From Vitrella brassicaformis CCMP3155 (Eukaryota > Protista > Chromerida), in assembly GCA_001179505.1 (NCBI GenBank), contig CDMY01000601.1, forward strand, positions 1 through 45,044: 45,044 nucleotides of DNA, written 5' to 3'. Shown in pieces: positions 25,031 to 37,600 of the stretch. A program made the position numbers and the translations under genes. The notes beneath the pieces are model-generated. The model searched no databases, was not told the DNA's origin, and saw only the letters and a list, made by a program, of their open reading frames with translations. Each line of letters begins with the position of its first letter. The first letter of the stretch is position 1.

Positions 25031-27769
25031 ATGCAGAAGGGCACCAAAACAGCCGAGTAAGTGCACACCCTTAGCTCAGTGTGTCACCGGCGAAGATCTC
25101 TGCATGGTATGTGTGTTGTCGTTCAGCATCGATTCGGAGGACGAGGCGTTCGACGGGACGTTCGACTGGGACAGCCAGCAGGTAAGGCGGAGGAATGACA
25201 CACACACAGACGGGAAGCGCACGAACACCCTTTGGTTCCGCAGCAACGCGCCTTGGCCACGCGAGGCGAATCAGTGACGGCGGCCGAGAGCGCGCCGGAG
25301 CCAGACGAGTACTTCTCCGATAGCGATGATGTATACAGTGACGATCTCGAGGACGTCGATGACTTCGCTGTCTATGGATCAACCCAGGTACAGTGCGTGA
25401 GCGGGTAGATGGTGTGTGTGTGTGTGTGTCGATCTATGGATGGATGCTGCTCGTTGTTTGTCTGTCAGGGTCGCGGACCGAACGCCCAGAGCGGCCAGTC
25501 ATCCTCTGCCAGGACGTATCAGCCGCTACAGCATCGCGTGGCCGGCATCACCGAGAGAATGAGCCTCAACTACAGCCCCTTGCCAGACGATCTCACCGGC
25601 ACCACGGTCGACCAGGTTGCCAAAAACTCCATCATCAGCGGACAGAAAAAGGCCGCACAACACCGGTCGGTGGGGCGGCAGGCAGGCAGGCAGACAGACA
25701 AGCGACAGCCATGTGTGTGTGTGTTGTGTGGTCAGCCATCGCGGGTTGACGCAGGACACTCGTGCGACGGTAGAGCAGGTGTTGGATCCCCGGACGAGGC
25801 TCATCCTGACCAAGCTGCTCAACAGGGGCCTCTTCAGCGAGATATATGGATGCATCAGCACAGGCAAAGAGGTCAGCCAGCCAGGGAAACACTCCACCAC
25901 ACCACATGGCTGAGTGCATCTGGGCGTACACACAACGTACGTATCACCAGGCGAATGTGTACTATGCCGTGACGGAGGATGGTGGAGAGCGCGCCGTCAA
26001 GATCTTCAAGACGTCCATCCTCGTCTTCAAGGACAGATCAAGATACGTCGAGGTCAGCCAACACACCACACCCACCCGAGGGGGGTGGACACAACACACG
26101 TGTTCTTATCTGTCAGGGTGAGTTTCGCTTTCGCCGTGGGTACATCAAGTCCAGCAATCCCCGCCGCATGGTGGCCCAGTGGGCAGAGAAGGAGTACAGA
26201 AACCTCAAACGAATCGCAGCCAGCGGCATCAGGTCAGTGGTGGAACCAGGAAGCCGCCCAGACAGCGCTCACAGTGAGACCGTGTTGACGTCCTTTCGGC
26301 TTGTGTGTGTGTGTGTGTGCGTGTGTGTGTGTGCGTTCAGGTGTCCGGCGGGGATAGAGCTGCGTTCCCACGTGCTGGTCATGAGCTTCGTGGGACGGGA
26401 TGAGGTGGCTGCTCCGAGGCTCAAGGATGCCATCGCAGACATGACACACGTACGCCGGCTGACAGGGAAGACACACATCAGCCAAGCGGGGCAATCGATC
26501 CTGTGACCCCCCTCCCTGTGTGTGTGCATCATCGATCAGGATGAGACGTGGCGGGCCTACGTGGAGGTGGTGGCCACCATGCGCACTCTCTACCAGGTCA
26601 GCCAGCACACTCACTCGTTGCCACACCATATCCCTCCCTCCCTCCTGCAGACCGGCCGTTTGGTCCACGGCGACCTGTCAGACTACAACTTGCTATGGCA
26701 TGATGGCCACGTGACGGTCATCGACGTGTCCCAATCGGTGGAGCACGACCACCCCCACTCACTCGACTTCCTCAAGAGGGACTGCGTCAACGTCACGGCA
26801 TTCTTCAGGAAATACTCCGCCCAAGAGACACAGGCCAGCACATCCACGCCGCCGCCCGGTCTTCTGTCGGTCATGACTCTGTTCGACTGGATCATCGCCG
26901 CAGAGCTGCCGTCAGACTTCCCTCCTGCCAATGAGGATGGAGTAGGGGCGGGCGAGGGTGAGGGCTACGAGGCCTTCGACGGCCTGTGTGCGCGGCTGGA
27001 TGTGTGGCTGCGGTCGGTGCATCAGCTGATGGTGCAGCCGCCAGAGACTGCTCCGGCGGACGGCGATAGGAGAGGAGGTGTGGGTCTGACGGCAGGTGAG
27101 GCGGCCAGGCGGCGGCATAATGAGGCCGACGAGGCGCTTTTCCTCGAGACCTGGATGCCCTCACACCTGCACCAGGTACACAAACGCCTGCAAATACATC
27201 CGCAGCCTTCTCCTGTCTATGTTCGTCCCGGTGTGTGTGCAGGTGTCCGATCTGGCAGTGCTCGAGAAGGAGATGGAACGCCGGCAGCGGGGCGAGGACA
27301 CGCTCTTCGAGCGGTTTCTTGGAACGGCCCCGCCCTCTTCTGCTGCCGACCAAAAGTCATCGACTGGCGACACACACGGCAGCAGGGAGGAGGCACAGGG
27401 AGAGGGCGGGCAGCAGGGTCAGGAGGAGCAGGAGAGCGATGGCGTTGCAGAGAGTGACAGCAACGATGATGATGACGACCAAGATGACAAGTTCGACGGT
27501 CGGTGAGAGATGCATGGATGGATGGAGGCACTCACTCGGTGTGTTGTCATGGTTCACACACTCTTTGCAGGTCACCGCCCCGACGGCGTGAGCAAGAAGG
27601 AGTGGAAGCAGAAAGTCAAGGAGGTCAGGAGAGCTGCACGGCACAGACATATCTATGGTGCTATCGGTCACGGTCGCCATCCATGTGTCAGGATCGTCGC
27701 GAGAAGCGCAAGACCAAGATGCCCAAAGCAGTCAAGAAGAAGGCCGTCAACAAAGCCAAAAACAGATAG
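25031..27769 (+). CDS. RIO1: RIO1-family atypical Ser/Thr kinase (40S ribosome maturation)
   Basis: [100 protein letters not shown] and a basic C-terminus [17 protein letters not shown]. Start ATG at 25,031 is the best guess. Confidence 0.95.
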
Positions 27770-28158
27770 ACAGACGATGGCGCTACGCATGCTGTTGGTG
27801 GTGGTCGTTGCTGATGTACCCCACGTGTGCCCAAGTATTGTATGTTTATGTGTCTGTGAATGTTGTGTGTGTGTGTGCGTGTGCGTGTTGGTTTTGTCCT
27901 TTCGATGGACGCTGACGAACGAACATGTTTTGATTCTCTTCATGATCATGAAAGAAGATGCCATACAAGTTCCTTCCTCATATCGACACGACGCGAAGAC
28001 ATAGAGAGTCAGCAAGTATCAGCAAGCGACCAGCAAGCCACCCACCCCAGTGGCCATCAACAAAAATGAAACAAGCCCTGCCCTGACATGCAGAATCCTA
28101 TCGATAGCTAGCTTCCCACCAACACAACACAACTCGACACACAACCCAACACCGCTAG

Positions 28159-30577
28159 CTAGATCTTGCCTTCCTTGGGCTGCCGTGTCAGAGAGAACCG
28201 ATACAGCTCCTCAAATATCGCCCTCAGCCGACTCACCTCAGACACTATCAGCTCCCGCCCGCCTGCCTCGCCCTCACCACCCGCCCCCTCTGTTAGCGAC
28301 AGCACCACACTCTCGCAGGCGGCGTCGAACAGATGAAGCAGGGGCCGGGGAAGCGATAAAAAGAGAACGAAGCAGGCGTCATAGAGGGTAACGGCGATCC
28401 GTTCCTCCTCCTTCTGGCCCTCTTCGTTGGGCACCTCCAGGGGGGCGTGGACACCTGCTGACGGGCTGAGGACACTCGAGCTGTCCGTCGCGAAAGGCCG
28501 GGGGCGGGGAGGTATGTCGGTGTCTGATGTCGGTGGCGGCTGGGTGTGGGTGGACGTAGAGGTGGAGGTGGAGGTGGGCTTTGCCTTAATGTTCTGCCAC
28601 ACCTGCTCGAAGATGACAGAGTCGATGTTTTCCTCCTCATACACACCTGCGTGAATCCAACACACGCGACATATATGGCATCGATGTGTGCGGCTCGATT
28701 TCACGATGGTCCGACTCACCCGAGAGTTGTTGATGAAGGGGGAACTTGCGCAGGGCCGCTATGCATTGGCTCACCCGCTGCTTCTCGGCATCGTCGACTG
28801 ACAGACCACACACAATGCAGAACATGCCCACGCATTCCATTCTTCTCTTCTATCCACTGTCCCTCTCGTACTTACTCGGTGCCGTGTCGAAGTGAATCTG
28901 CGGAGTGAAGGGCGTCCGAGACAAGAATCTGCTCAGCCGCTCGTACTCCAGCACCACAGACGAGCTCGCATCAGCGTCACCAGCAGCTGATGCACTTCTT
29001 TGACAGTGTGTGTGCAGCGCCATCGCCTGCATCGCTGTCGTCGTCGCCACGAGACTCAGCATCGACGGCGTCCGCACAAGGCCGCGCAGGAACAGCCGGA
29101 AGCACTCCATCAGCTTCTCCATCGGCAGACGAGCCTCCCAATCCCCAGCCACATAGCTCACGCCGTTGGGGCGGCCGGTGGGAGCGGGTGCAGGCGCCTC
29201 GCCTGCCCCTGACGGCTCTCGGCAGGGACACTCCTCGCAGGCAGAGGCAGATGAGGCGCGTCCGTCGACCGGGCCGGCAGGGAGTTTGCCTTGCAGCTGT
29301 AGGATTGAAGACCGGAAGGACTTGAAGATCCAGCCGGCGGATGCTTGTGGCGGGAACTCGACGCGGAAGAGGGCGAGTGGTGCCTTTGACTTGTCCTTCT
29401 CGGCCTTGGATATCATCATCCAGCCGCGGGAGTGACCTGACATGGATGGACAAGACAGGGCAGACAAATGCACGCATCGTGAATGGCGTTTACATCGGTA
29501 TGTGCTGTACCTGTGGATGGGTCTTTGAGCGTCATGGCCTGGTAGAGCTGCGAGAGCGACACCCCTGACACAGAAGAAAACACAACGGAATGAGAATGAT
29601 CTGTGACGTCTTCACGCCTCTCTGCATACTGGTGCCCTTACAGTGTGGTGGGTATTTGAATCTTGCCACATCAAGAATCAGCACCTTGTCAGACCCACGG
29701 TGGAATCCGCCTGCACACACAAACCACACAAATGCACCAACAGCCGTCTGGAATGAGTGTCGTGTCCTTTGCTGCCGCGGGAAGGAAAGCTGTATACTTA
29801 CCGATGGGGCTGAAGTGACCCGTGCCCGTCTGGCCAAGGCCACTACGGCAGTACGACACGATACAGAAGCCGCTGGCCGGGTCGGAGCAGGCCTTCTCGA
29901 CCAACACACGGAACTGCATGAGTGACCACAGACAGAAAACACACCGATGTTTGCTGCATGTGTGAGTGGGTGTGTGTATCTTTTTGGTTTGCTCACCTGT
30001 TCCAGTGATGCAGGAGTGCCTGCCGGCACACCAGCGGATGGCCTTGCTGGTTCGTCCGGCTCGGCTGCCTCTGTTGCTCGGTAGGTGTCCACGCGGCAGC
30101 CATTGCATCGGGCCAGACACGCGAACTGCTCGAAGTTGATGCCCTCTTGTTTGACTGTTTCGGTTCCGACGCAGCAATCGAGCATCTCCTCGTGATACCA
30201 ACGCCACGACCCCTTCTGCATCACACACACACACACACCACATCACACAAACATCACAGACGTGGACGCATAGACAGATAGATGTGTATCCATTTCGGTT
30301 GGCTGACCCATGTCCGGAAGGGGTCAATCTGCAGAGCGTTCAAAACCATGGTGAGAGTGGACAGGCCACAGAATGCCGGCTCGTCCTGAGTCCGAAACTG
30401 CTCCGAGAGAGGGAAGAAGGCCTCCATGTGGCCCCCCAGCAGGGCCTCCTGGAACAGCTGTTTGCCCTCGGTGGACGTGAATGCGACGCAGCCGGCAGGG
30501 AGGGCCCGGCGGTAGAAGGACAAGTACTGGTTGGCTGTGCTGGGCGGCGGGGAGAGAGCTGAAGCCGTCGCCATCAT
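28159..30577 (-). CDS. PCS: Phytochelatin synthase (glutathione gamma-glutamylcysteinyltransferase), full-length type
   Basis: FYRRALP...[41 protein letters not shown] (catalytic Cys), [21 protein letters not shown] (His) and [13 protein letters not shown] (Asp). C-terminal LFLSLP...EVSRLR resembles the plant PCS C-terminal domain. Confidence 0.96.
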
Positions 30578-30643
30578 GCGGTGAGCTGCCAGGCCAAAGA
30601 CGCTACGAAACATCGCCCTGCAGCTGCATATCTATGGAGGAAG
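30578..30643. promoter_or_regulatory. Putative bidirectional promoter PCS/GNAT (66 bp, or 177 bp if the GNAT starts at 30,755)
   Basis: Divergent ATGs at 30,577 (-) and 30,644 or 30,755 (+). Inferred from geometry. Confidence 0.45.
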
Positions 30644-31971
30644 ATGTCCACTTCGTCCGGGGCACCCCAAGACGCCCCCTTTCCCTCTCTCAGAAAGCCT
30701 CGTCCTTTCTGCCAGCTTGGCATCTGCGAGCTTAGCTCAAGCGTCAAAGCAAGGATGGCAGGGCCAACAAAGGGCAGGCGGCCGAGCCCCCTGATTGACA
30801 GAAAGGACTCCCTCGCCCTGCTGACCATTCGGACCTACGAGGCCAAGGACGAGGAGTACGTCAAATCCCTCCTGTTTGCACACGCACGCTCCCAGATATG
30901 GCCGGCCGTCAAGTTCTTCACCTTCCGCAACATGCAGGTCACATAAGAAGCAGGGAGGGATGGATGGATGATGCTGTGACTTGTCTGTGTGTGTGTTTGT
31001 GTGCAGGAGTGGCTGATTCTGTTTGTGCTGTTCAAGCTCTATGTGTCCTTTGTGGAACTCCTGATCATATTTGGGCTCTTCGTCATCTGGCTCTTCATAC
31101 GAGCAAAGGTCGCTGACAAATAAGCACTATAGCACGCTGCGTCAGGCCCCCTCTCACTCTGTGTGTGATGCGTTGGCTGCTTCTCTGTCTGTCCTGAGGA
31201 CAGTGGGAGTTCGAGTCGTACATCTACACGAGCTGCCACGACCTCGACGACATTGACAACATCTACCTCAAAGAAACAGGGTCACACTTCTGGGTAAGGT
31301 AAAGGACACATACATGGCATGCCTTCGATGCTGCAGAGATGATATACCGATAGATTTATTCTGCCCTCTCCGCCGCTCTCAGGTGGCTGAGGTGCCCCTG
31401 CCTTCGGCGGCCTCGCACCTCAAGTCCAAGCCCTCACAACACGGTCACAGTGAGGATGAGGACCGGATGATCGTCGGGTGCATTGCCGTCACGCCCTCGG
31501 TCGAGGAGCCACGGCGGGTGGCGCAGGTCATGCGACTCGTCGTGGCACAACAGTCCAGAAGAATGAGAGTCGGTACGCACGCAGAACGACCTACCGACCA
31601 CCCAGCCACGTGGCTTCGATGTGGTGTGTGTATGTCGGTTTGTGATGGCAGGCACATCGATGCTAAAGGAGCTGGAGGCCTTTTGTCTGAAGGGCGGCTT
31701 TGAGGAGATCCGGTTCTGGGCCAACAACCTCAGGCCAGAAGCCATCAGATTCTGTACTTGATAGGCACAACACAGACAGACAGACAGACAGTTAGTTGGC
31801 TGGATATGTGAGTGACTTCCCTGTCTTCCAGATGAGTCCAATGGCTACGAGATCCTGTCCATCCACCAGCGCAATCTCATGCGCGGCGATCTGGTGCTCC
31901 TCAGACGACTCCTCGCCGGGACCAAAAGCGACCTGTCGCCTTCCTTACGACACGCCGATAGCACATTCTAG
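30644..31971 (+). CDS. GNAT N-acetyltransferase with membrane segment (NAT8/camello-like)
   Basis: IRTYEAKDEEYVKSL, a hydrophobic stretch WLILFVLFKLYVSFVELLIIFGLFVIWLFIRAK, then DLDDIDNIY...SHFWVAE, IVGCIAV, motif A MRLVVAQQSRRMRVGTSMLKELEAF and motif B EAIRFYESNGY. Stop at 31,969-31,971. Confidence 0.85.
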
Positions 31972-32337
31972 GCGTACCGACGGTTGGTTTCTACCTTTTT
32001 TTTCTTTTTGAGAGTGCGGTGCGACACACGTGCAGGGAGGGCATCGACAGCACGCACATGTATGTATGGATGGATGGATGTACAATTACTAGGTGGGTCG
32101 GAGGCGGCTGCGTTTCTCGCGGGTGTGCTTTTTCGTTTGTCGGGCGGGCGGGCGGGGCATGGACACACACCTGTAGATTGATTGACTGGCTGACTGACTG
32201 GAGACGGGCGCTGCCCGTGTGTGGACGCTAGCCAGCCAATGTGAAATTGCTGACAGAGAGATCTTGTCCACCAGTCAATCAGAGGTCGTCACACTAGTAT
32301 ATACATCACACACACACACACACACTGATCGATCCAG

Positions 32338-33583
32338 CTAGCTTTGCACATCATGGTCAGCAACACGGGCACCACCAGCAGCAGCAGCACCAGCAACAGC
32401 AACTGGGGCGCCGCTCTGTGTCTGTTGGTCTCCAGCCGGGGCCGGCATGGCGGCCTGCAGCCCATAGAACTCATTCTGCGGTGGCTGAGAGCAGAACTCG
32501 CGATGCTCGTCCACAAACCTACACACACACACACATCCGATGTCACACACACAGACACACACACACACACGGATGGATGGATTGCACCTCCTGCTGGTAG
32601 CTCACGTGTGTTTGTCCCTGGCGAATCGTGCGGCCCGGCTGTGGAGTGCGTCTGCGAGGAAGGTGAAGCGGCGCCGCTTGAAGGTGCAGAGCGATATGTC
32701 CACACCGGCAGGGTAAGTCCTCCTCTGCTTGGACGCCTGGTGGGCGCCTTCCTTGGCAGCGGTGCGTGTGGTGCCGTCGGTGCGCCACTCGTAGCCGTGA
32801 GCGAGCGAGAAGCGCCACAGCCCCCTCACCGTCTCAAACCACTCATCTGAACCACACACACACACAGATCAACACACACACAGATCAACACACTCACAGA
32901 GAGAGAGAGTGGGTATCGATATCGGCTGCTGACCAAGGCTGGTGGCCGTGTCCGTGAGGCGTTTGTTGAGCAGCCGCAGCAGAGATGGCGCCTCGTAAAT
33001 GACACTGTCCAACACGTAATACGTCTGCACCACACACACACACGCAGAGAGAGACCGCAGCACACCACCACCAGTGGTGAGGCAGGCACCCACGAGTGAT
33101 TCAGTCGGTCAGTGAATGTACGTTTGTCGGGTGCGTGACGTTGGCCTTTCGCGTCAGTTTGGCGATGATCCAGAGGTCTGAGAAGGTGATGAGCCCCCGC
33201 TGCTGCAGCTCCTCCGTGGGAATCGACTGCACCACACGATACTCGACGCCATCCAAATCACTGCAAACACACACACGCAAGCAAACACACTCGCATGAGT
33301 CACAGCGGTTGTCTCGCCGCTGTCTGCCTGTCCGTTTGACTCACTCAGGCACCTCTTCGCCTCGCCGCAGCCGCTCGTTCAGCGCCGACGAGTCGTAAAA
33401 TGGCGAACCGTAGAAATCTGCACTCAGACAAGAAAGCACACATCATTCACTCATTGCTTGTCTGTCTGTCTGTCAGTGCCGTGGATGAGCACATTGCATG
33501 ATATTGGTGTTGTCCAGCGGGTTGTCGCGCAGAAAGTCCTCATCGCGATGGGCACGGAACCGTGGGTCGTCTAAGCTCTCCAT
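32338..33583 (-). CDS. MED6: Mediator complex subunit 6, copy 2
   Basis: Same exon structure and nearly identical translation to 6,641-7,836. ATG at 33,583, stop at 32,338. No lesion seen. Confidence 0.9.
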
Positions 33584-33732
33584 CACGCCCTAGAGCTCCT
33601 GCAGGAGTGGTTTCAGGGAGCACCCTAGGAGGCCTAACGGCCAAGTCCTCTCTTACAATAATCAACCAACCTGTCGGTCTCTTCAGGCGAGCAGGCCTTT
33701 CCCGTCCCACGTGTGCTGCTCTGCCACATCAA
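33584..33732. promoter_or_regulatory. Putative bidirectional promoter (149 bp between divergent ATGs)
   Basis: ATGs at 33,583 (-) and 33,733 (+). Inferred from geometry. Confidence 0.55.
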
Positions 33733-34625
33733 ATGAGGAAGGGGTCGCGTGAGCCGCAGCTGAGCGAGAGCGGCATCGATGCCATTGCCGCAGATCTACT
33801 CTCCTCTGACGGCAGCACCTTCGCCGTGGCAGCGCAACAAGTGGCAGATGCTTGTGTGAATGAGAGGCTCAACAAAAAGGAACAGCAGCGTCTCGATGCC
33901 CGCCTTCTCAAAGACAAAGACGGGCTGAGGCGCTTGCTGTCGCGGCTGGTAGATGATCGATACAGGGAGACTCAGCTGGCTGCGGCCGATCTGCTGGTCT
34001 TCCTCACTGTGGAGATCTGTCCCGCTCTTGCAGCTTTGCAGCTATCTCAGCTGGTCGATGTGGCTCCTGTCATTGTGGACGTGGTGGGCTGGAGGGAACC
34101 AACAGCCGCCAGCAGGGGCTATGGGCCTGACGAGAGCCTCGCCGTCAAACACGTCGTCAAAGCTGATGCTGCGGTGGATGTCATGACCTATGTGCGGCTG
34201 GTGCTTCTTGCCTCGGTGCTTCAGGCTCTGCAGGATGCCGCACCCGACGAGGGCGCTCGTCTGCGGGACTCAGTGCTCGCCAACCATCAGACCACCATCA
34301 AGCAGTGTCTGAAGGTCACCCGCACCGAAACACATCGGCCTGTTTCGAGTATGGCGATCTGCGCCTTCCAATCGCTGCTGCCGTTCAGCCCGCCGCCATC
34401 TTCACCCAATGAGGACCTCACGCCCATTCCCCTCCACCTGTCCCTGCCGCTGTATACATTGCTTGCCGACCATGTGGTTCAGCTGGCGAAAGGGGCAATC
34501 CACATGGACGCAGAGGGATGGCGGCTGGCGCTGACTCTGCCTCCTATTGTTGCCGGTACAGTTGTGCGGCAAGCCAGTTGTAAGTTGCACACATTCAAGT
34601 GCTACTGACCACTCCATTTGTCGTC

Positions 34626-34657
<32 letters not shown>

Positions 34658-37600
34658 CGGTCCTTCAGCCCTGTGCGTGAAGGACGTCAAGCGGCTGGTC
34701 GGACAACACATTTATCCACACGTGGAGCCGCTCCTGGGCATTATCACATCGGCAGGAGGAGGGATGTTGGCTATGGCGGCGGACACACTGGGTGCCATCA
34801 TGATGGGCGTCCTCAAACTCATCGACCAGTTTGACCTTCCTTCCCCTCTCCCCCTGTCGTCATGCCAGCCGCTGCTTGACAACCCCTCGCTGATCATCAA
34901 AGCCCTTAAAGCGGCCAATGCCCTCATTGGCCAAGACGCCAGGCTGCCGCCAGCCGTCTACCCCACGTTGCTCGCCTGTTTGAAGACACCGGCAAGATTA
35001 GCTATAGGTCAGGCACAATGGCGACGGAGAGAGAGAGAGAAAGAAAGAAAGAGAGAGGCGCAGGAAGGGGCACAAGCTGACATGTAAAGCGAGGGCTGGG
35101 TGTGTGCTGTGCTCATCTGCACAGATTCGGGCGACATTGATTCAGGCCATCGAGTGGTAGAAGCTGTCTGCCAGCTATTGACCGAACCTGTGGCGCCGAA
35201 ATTCGTCGACTGTGTCGTCAAGCTCCTGCAGTATATGATCAAGTGAGCGGGGTGAATGCCTTGGAATAAAAGTGGCTGTCACATGTTCCAGGCGTGTGTC
35301 TGTCATGGGCTGTCCTGCAGTGGTGGCGATGTGCTGGTCTTTAAGGGCATGGCGACAAGCAACGTATTTGTCGACCAGATTGTACAGGTAGCAACGATCA
35401 AAGGAGTGTTCTGCCTTGCGGCCATACGTCCATCGCAATGTGTCCGTGTCTGATTGTGTGTTTTCTTGCCAGTGCGAGGCGATACAGCAGCTGAGAGGCC
35501 GTCGCGACCTGCCAAAAGAGGTGAGGGCCGGAGTCAACGAGACCACATGACCACGCATATGAGCCGATGGACGCACAGATTTCTCTCTGATTCCCTCCTG
35601 CCTTTCTGTGTAGGTATCGTCGTTCATCGATTCGCTCCCCAAGACGGCCACCAGGGGCAGCAGCTCAGCTGGGGCGGGCCAATCGCACTGCTCACCCACC
35701 CACATGACACCCACTCAGACTCATCATGCGTCAGGTCCTCCCTCGCTGCCTCATCCATCGACATCATCTGGCGGCTTCGATGGGCTGGAGGACGGCCTCT
35801 TCTCTGACAATATCGACACATTGTCTACGGCAGCCGAAGGCATTGTCGACTGGCTTCATGACGCCTCGAAGCCAGAGGTCACTGCATTTGTCAAGCGGTT
35901 GGCGGTGAGGTTTGGCGAGGACAGGGAGGCCTTCCGCCGCATCCTGACGTGTCTGGTGGACGGCAGCGGAGTGGAGTGCCAGGTGGCGGTCGCTGACCTG
36001 CTGGCCGGCCTCTTCTCTCATTGCTTCCTGGAGCGTATGACCCCGTCGGATCGTGTGTCGGCCGTCCAGGACATCTTCGATATCGTGACGTGGAAAGATC
36101 TTGAGGAGCTGGCTGAAGGTGGAGCGGAGGTGGCGTGCAAGGAGCTGTCGGAGGGAGGGGCGGAGGGGGGCGACAGCTTGATTGCAAAAGCTTTCGTCAA
36201 GGCATCGTCAGGCGACGAGCCGCTGCCCCGTGCCATCGATGTGGTGACATATGCGAGACTGCGCCTTATTCGATACGCCCTTGAAGCGGCCACTGCCCTC
36301 GAGGCTGCAGAAGGGCCCCAGCTTCGCGCGAGCTTCCTCCAGACCCACCAAACGACCCTCCGGCAGGCGATGGATGTCATTCGTGAGTGCAGACACGCAA
36401 CATTGGCCAACGAGGCAGCCATCATGCTGAAGGAGCTGTTCGCGCGCAGCTCCTTCGGTCCGTCAATTCAACTCGTTCTCGAGTTCTTCTCCATCTTCGT
36501 CGAGGGCCTGAAGCAGCTGCCGGATGACCAGAGAGAGGCGACAAGCTCCTTCTTAGTGCCGCTGATGCATGCCGCAAATTATTCGTGGGACTCCCCACGA
36601 GAAGGTCAGAAAAGTACACATTCATATGCTCTTTGAACCAAGGCTGCTGTCCTTTGTCTTGGCAGGTATTGTTGTAGAGGAGTGGCCAGTCATCAAAGCG
36701 GCTCTCCACACACACGTCTACGCCCATCTGAAGACGCTGCTGGCCCGCATCAAAGCGTCTGATTCTTCCTCTCCCCTGTGCTTCGCGGCGATAACCACAT
36801 TCGGAGCCCTTCTCCACACCGCTCACATCATCTGCATCCGAAAGAAGAAAGGTATGAAATGCGGAGACTGATGGCTAGTGGGGTAAAAGTGGATGTGTGT
36901 GCAGGTGGCCCTTTGCAGCCAGGTGACTTCGGCAAGAACATCGAGCGAGCGGAGGTGGTGAAAACACTCGCCGCTGCCCCGCCCCCGATGCAGCCGCTTC
37001 GTGCCCTCGTCCTAGATGCCACACTCAGAAATCGGGTGGCCAACGCGTTGGACATGAGCCACAGCGTGTGCAAGGATCCAACGGGCTCCTTCGCAGATTG
37101 CATCACGACTGCTCTGGTCATCCCAGCCATGGCCCTGATAGGTACGTCCGTCACTTACTCAGTCGGTGCGCCTCCAGCTAACTTCAACCATGTGTGTGTG
37201 CAGATGATGGGGAGGCCGGCCTTCTGATCGAGTCGCGGTTCGTGTCCACCCTCATCTCGCTCCTGAACAGCGCCGAGAGGATCGGGAGGCCTCTGATGAA
37301 CCTCTGCATGCGCTGTGTCGCGGGACTCAGCCAGAGAGATCCGAAGGTCAGCGAAAGAAGGTCACTGACCTCACATCTCATTTGGACGAGAGTGCTGCGG
37401 TGGTGCGTTTGTTCATGTAGGTGTTGGGGACCGATGGACTGGCAGAGGCGATATGTGGCGTGCTGCTCAAAGACGCACAGGGACAGCTCCTTCCCGAAGA
37501 CCTCCGTGACACTGACAGCGCTACTTCTGTCGACATCCTCAGGAGCATCGTCAGGTCAGCCATGAGCTGCAGACAAGAAAGCCCGACGCATCATTGAGTG

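Noticed and set aside
33733-35246. Stand-alone ARM-like gene ending at TGA 35,244-35,246 (and 5,031-6,506 on the left)
   Set aside because: The stop overlaps a GTGAGC donor, and in-frame downstream exons exist in both copies with the same phases as at the end of unit 2. A single gene is more parsimonious, though unproven without cDNA.
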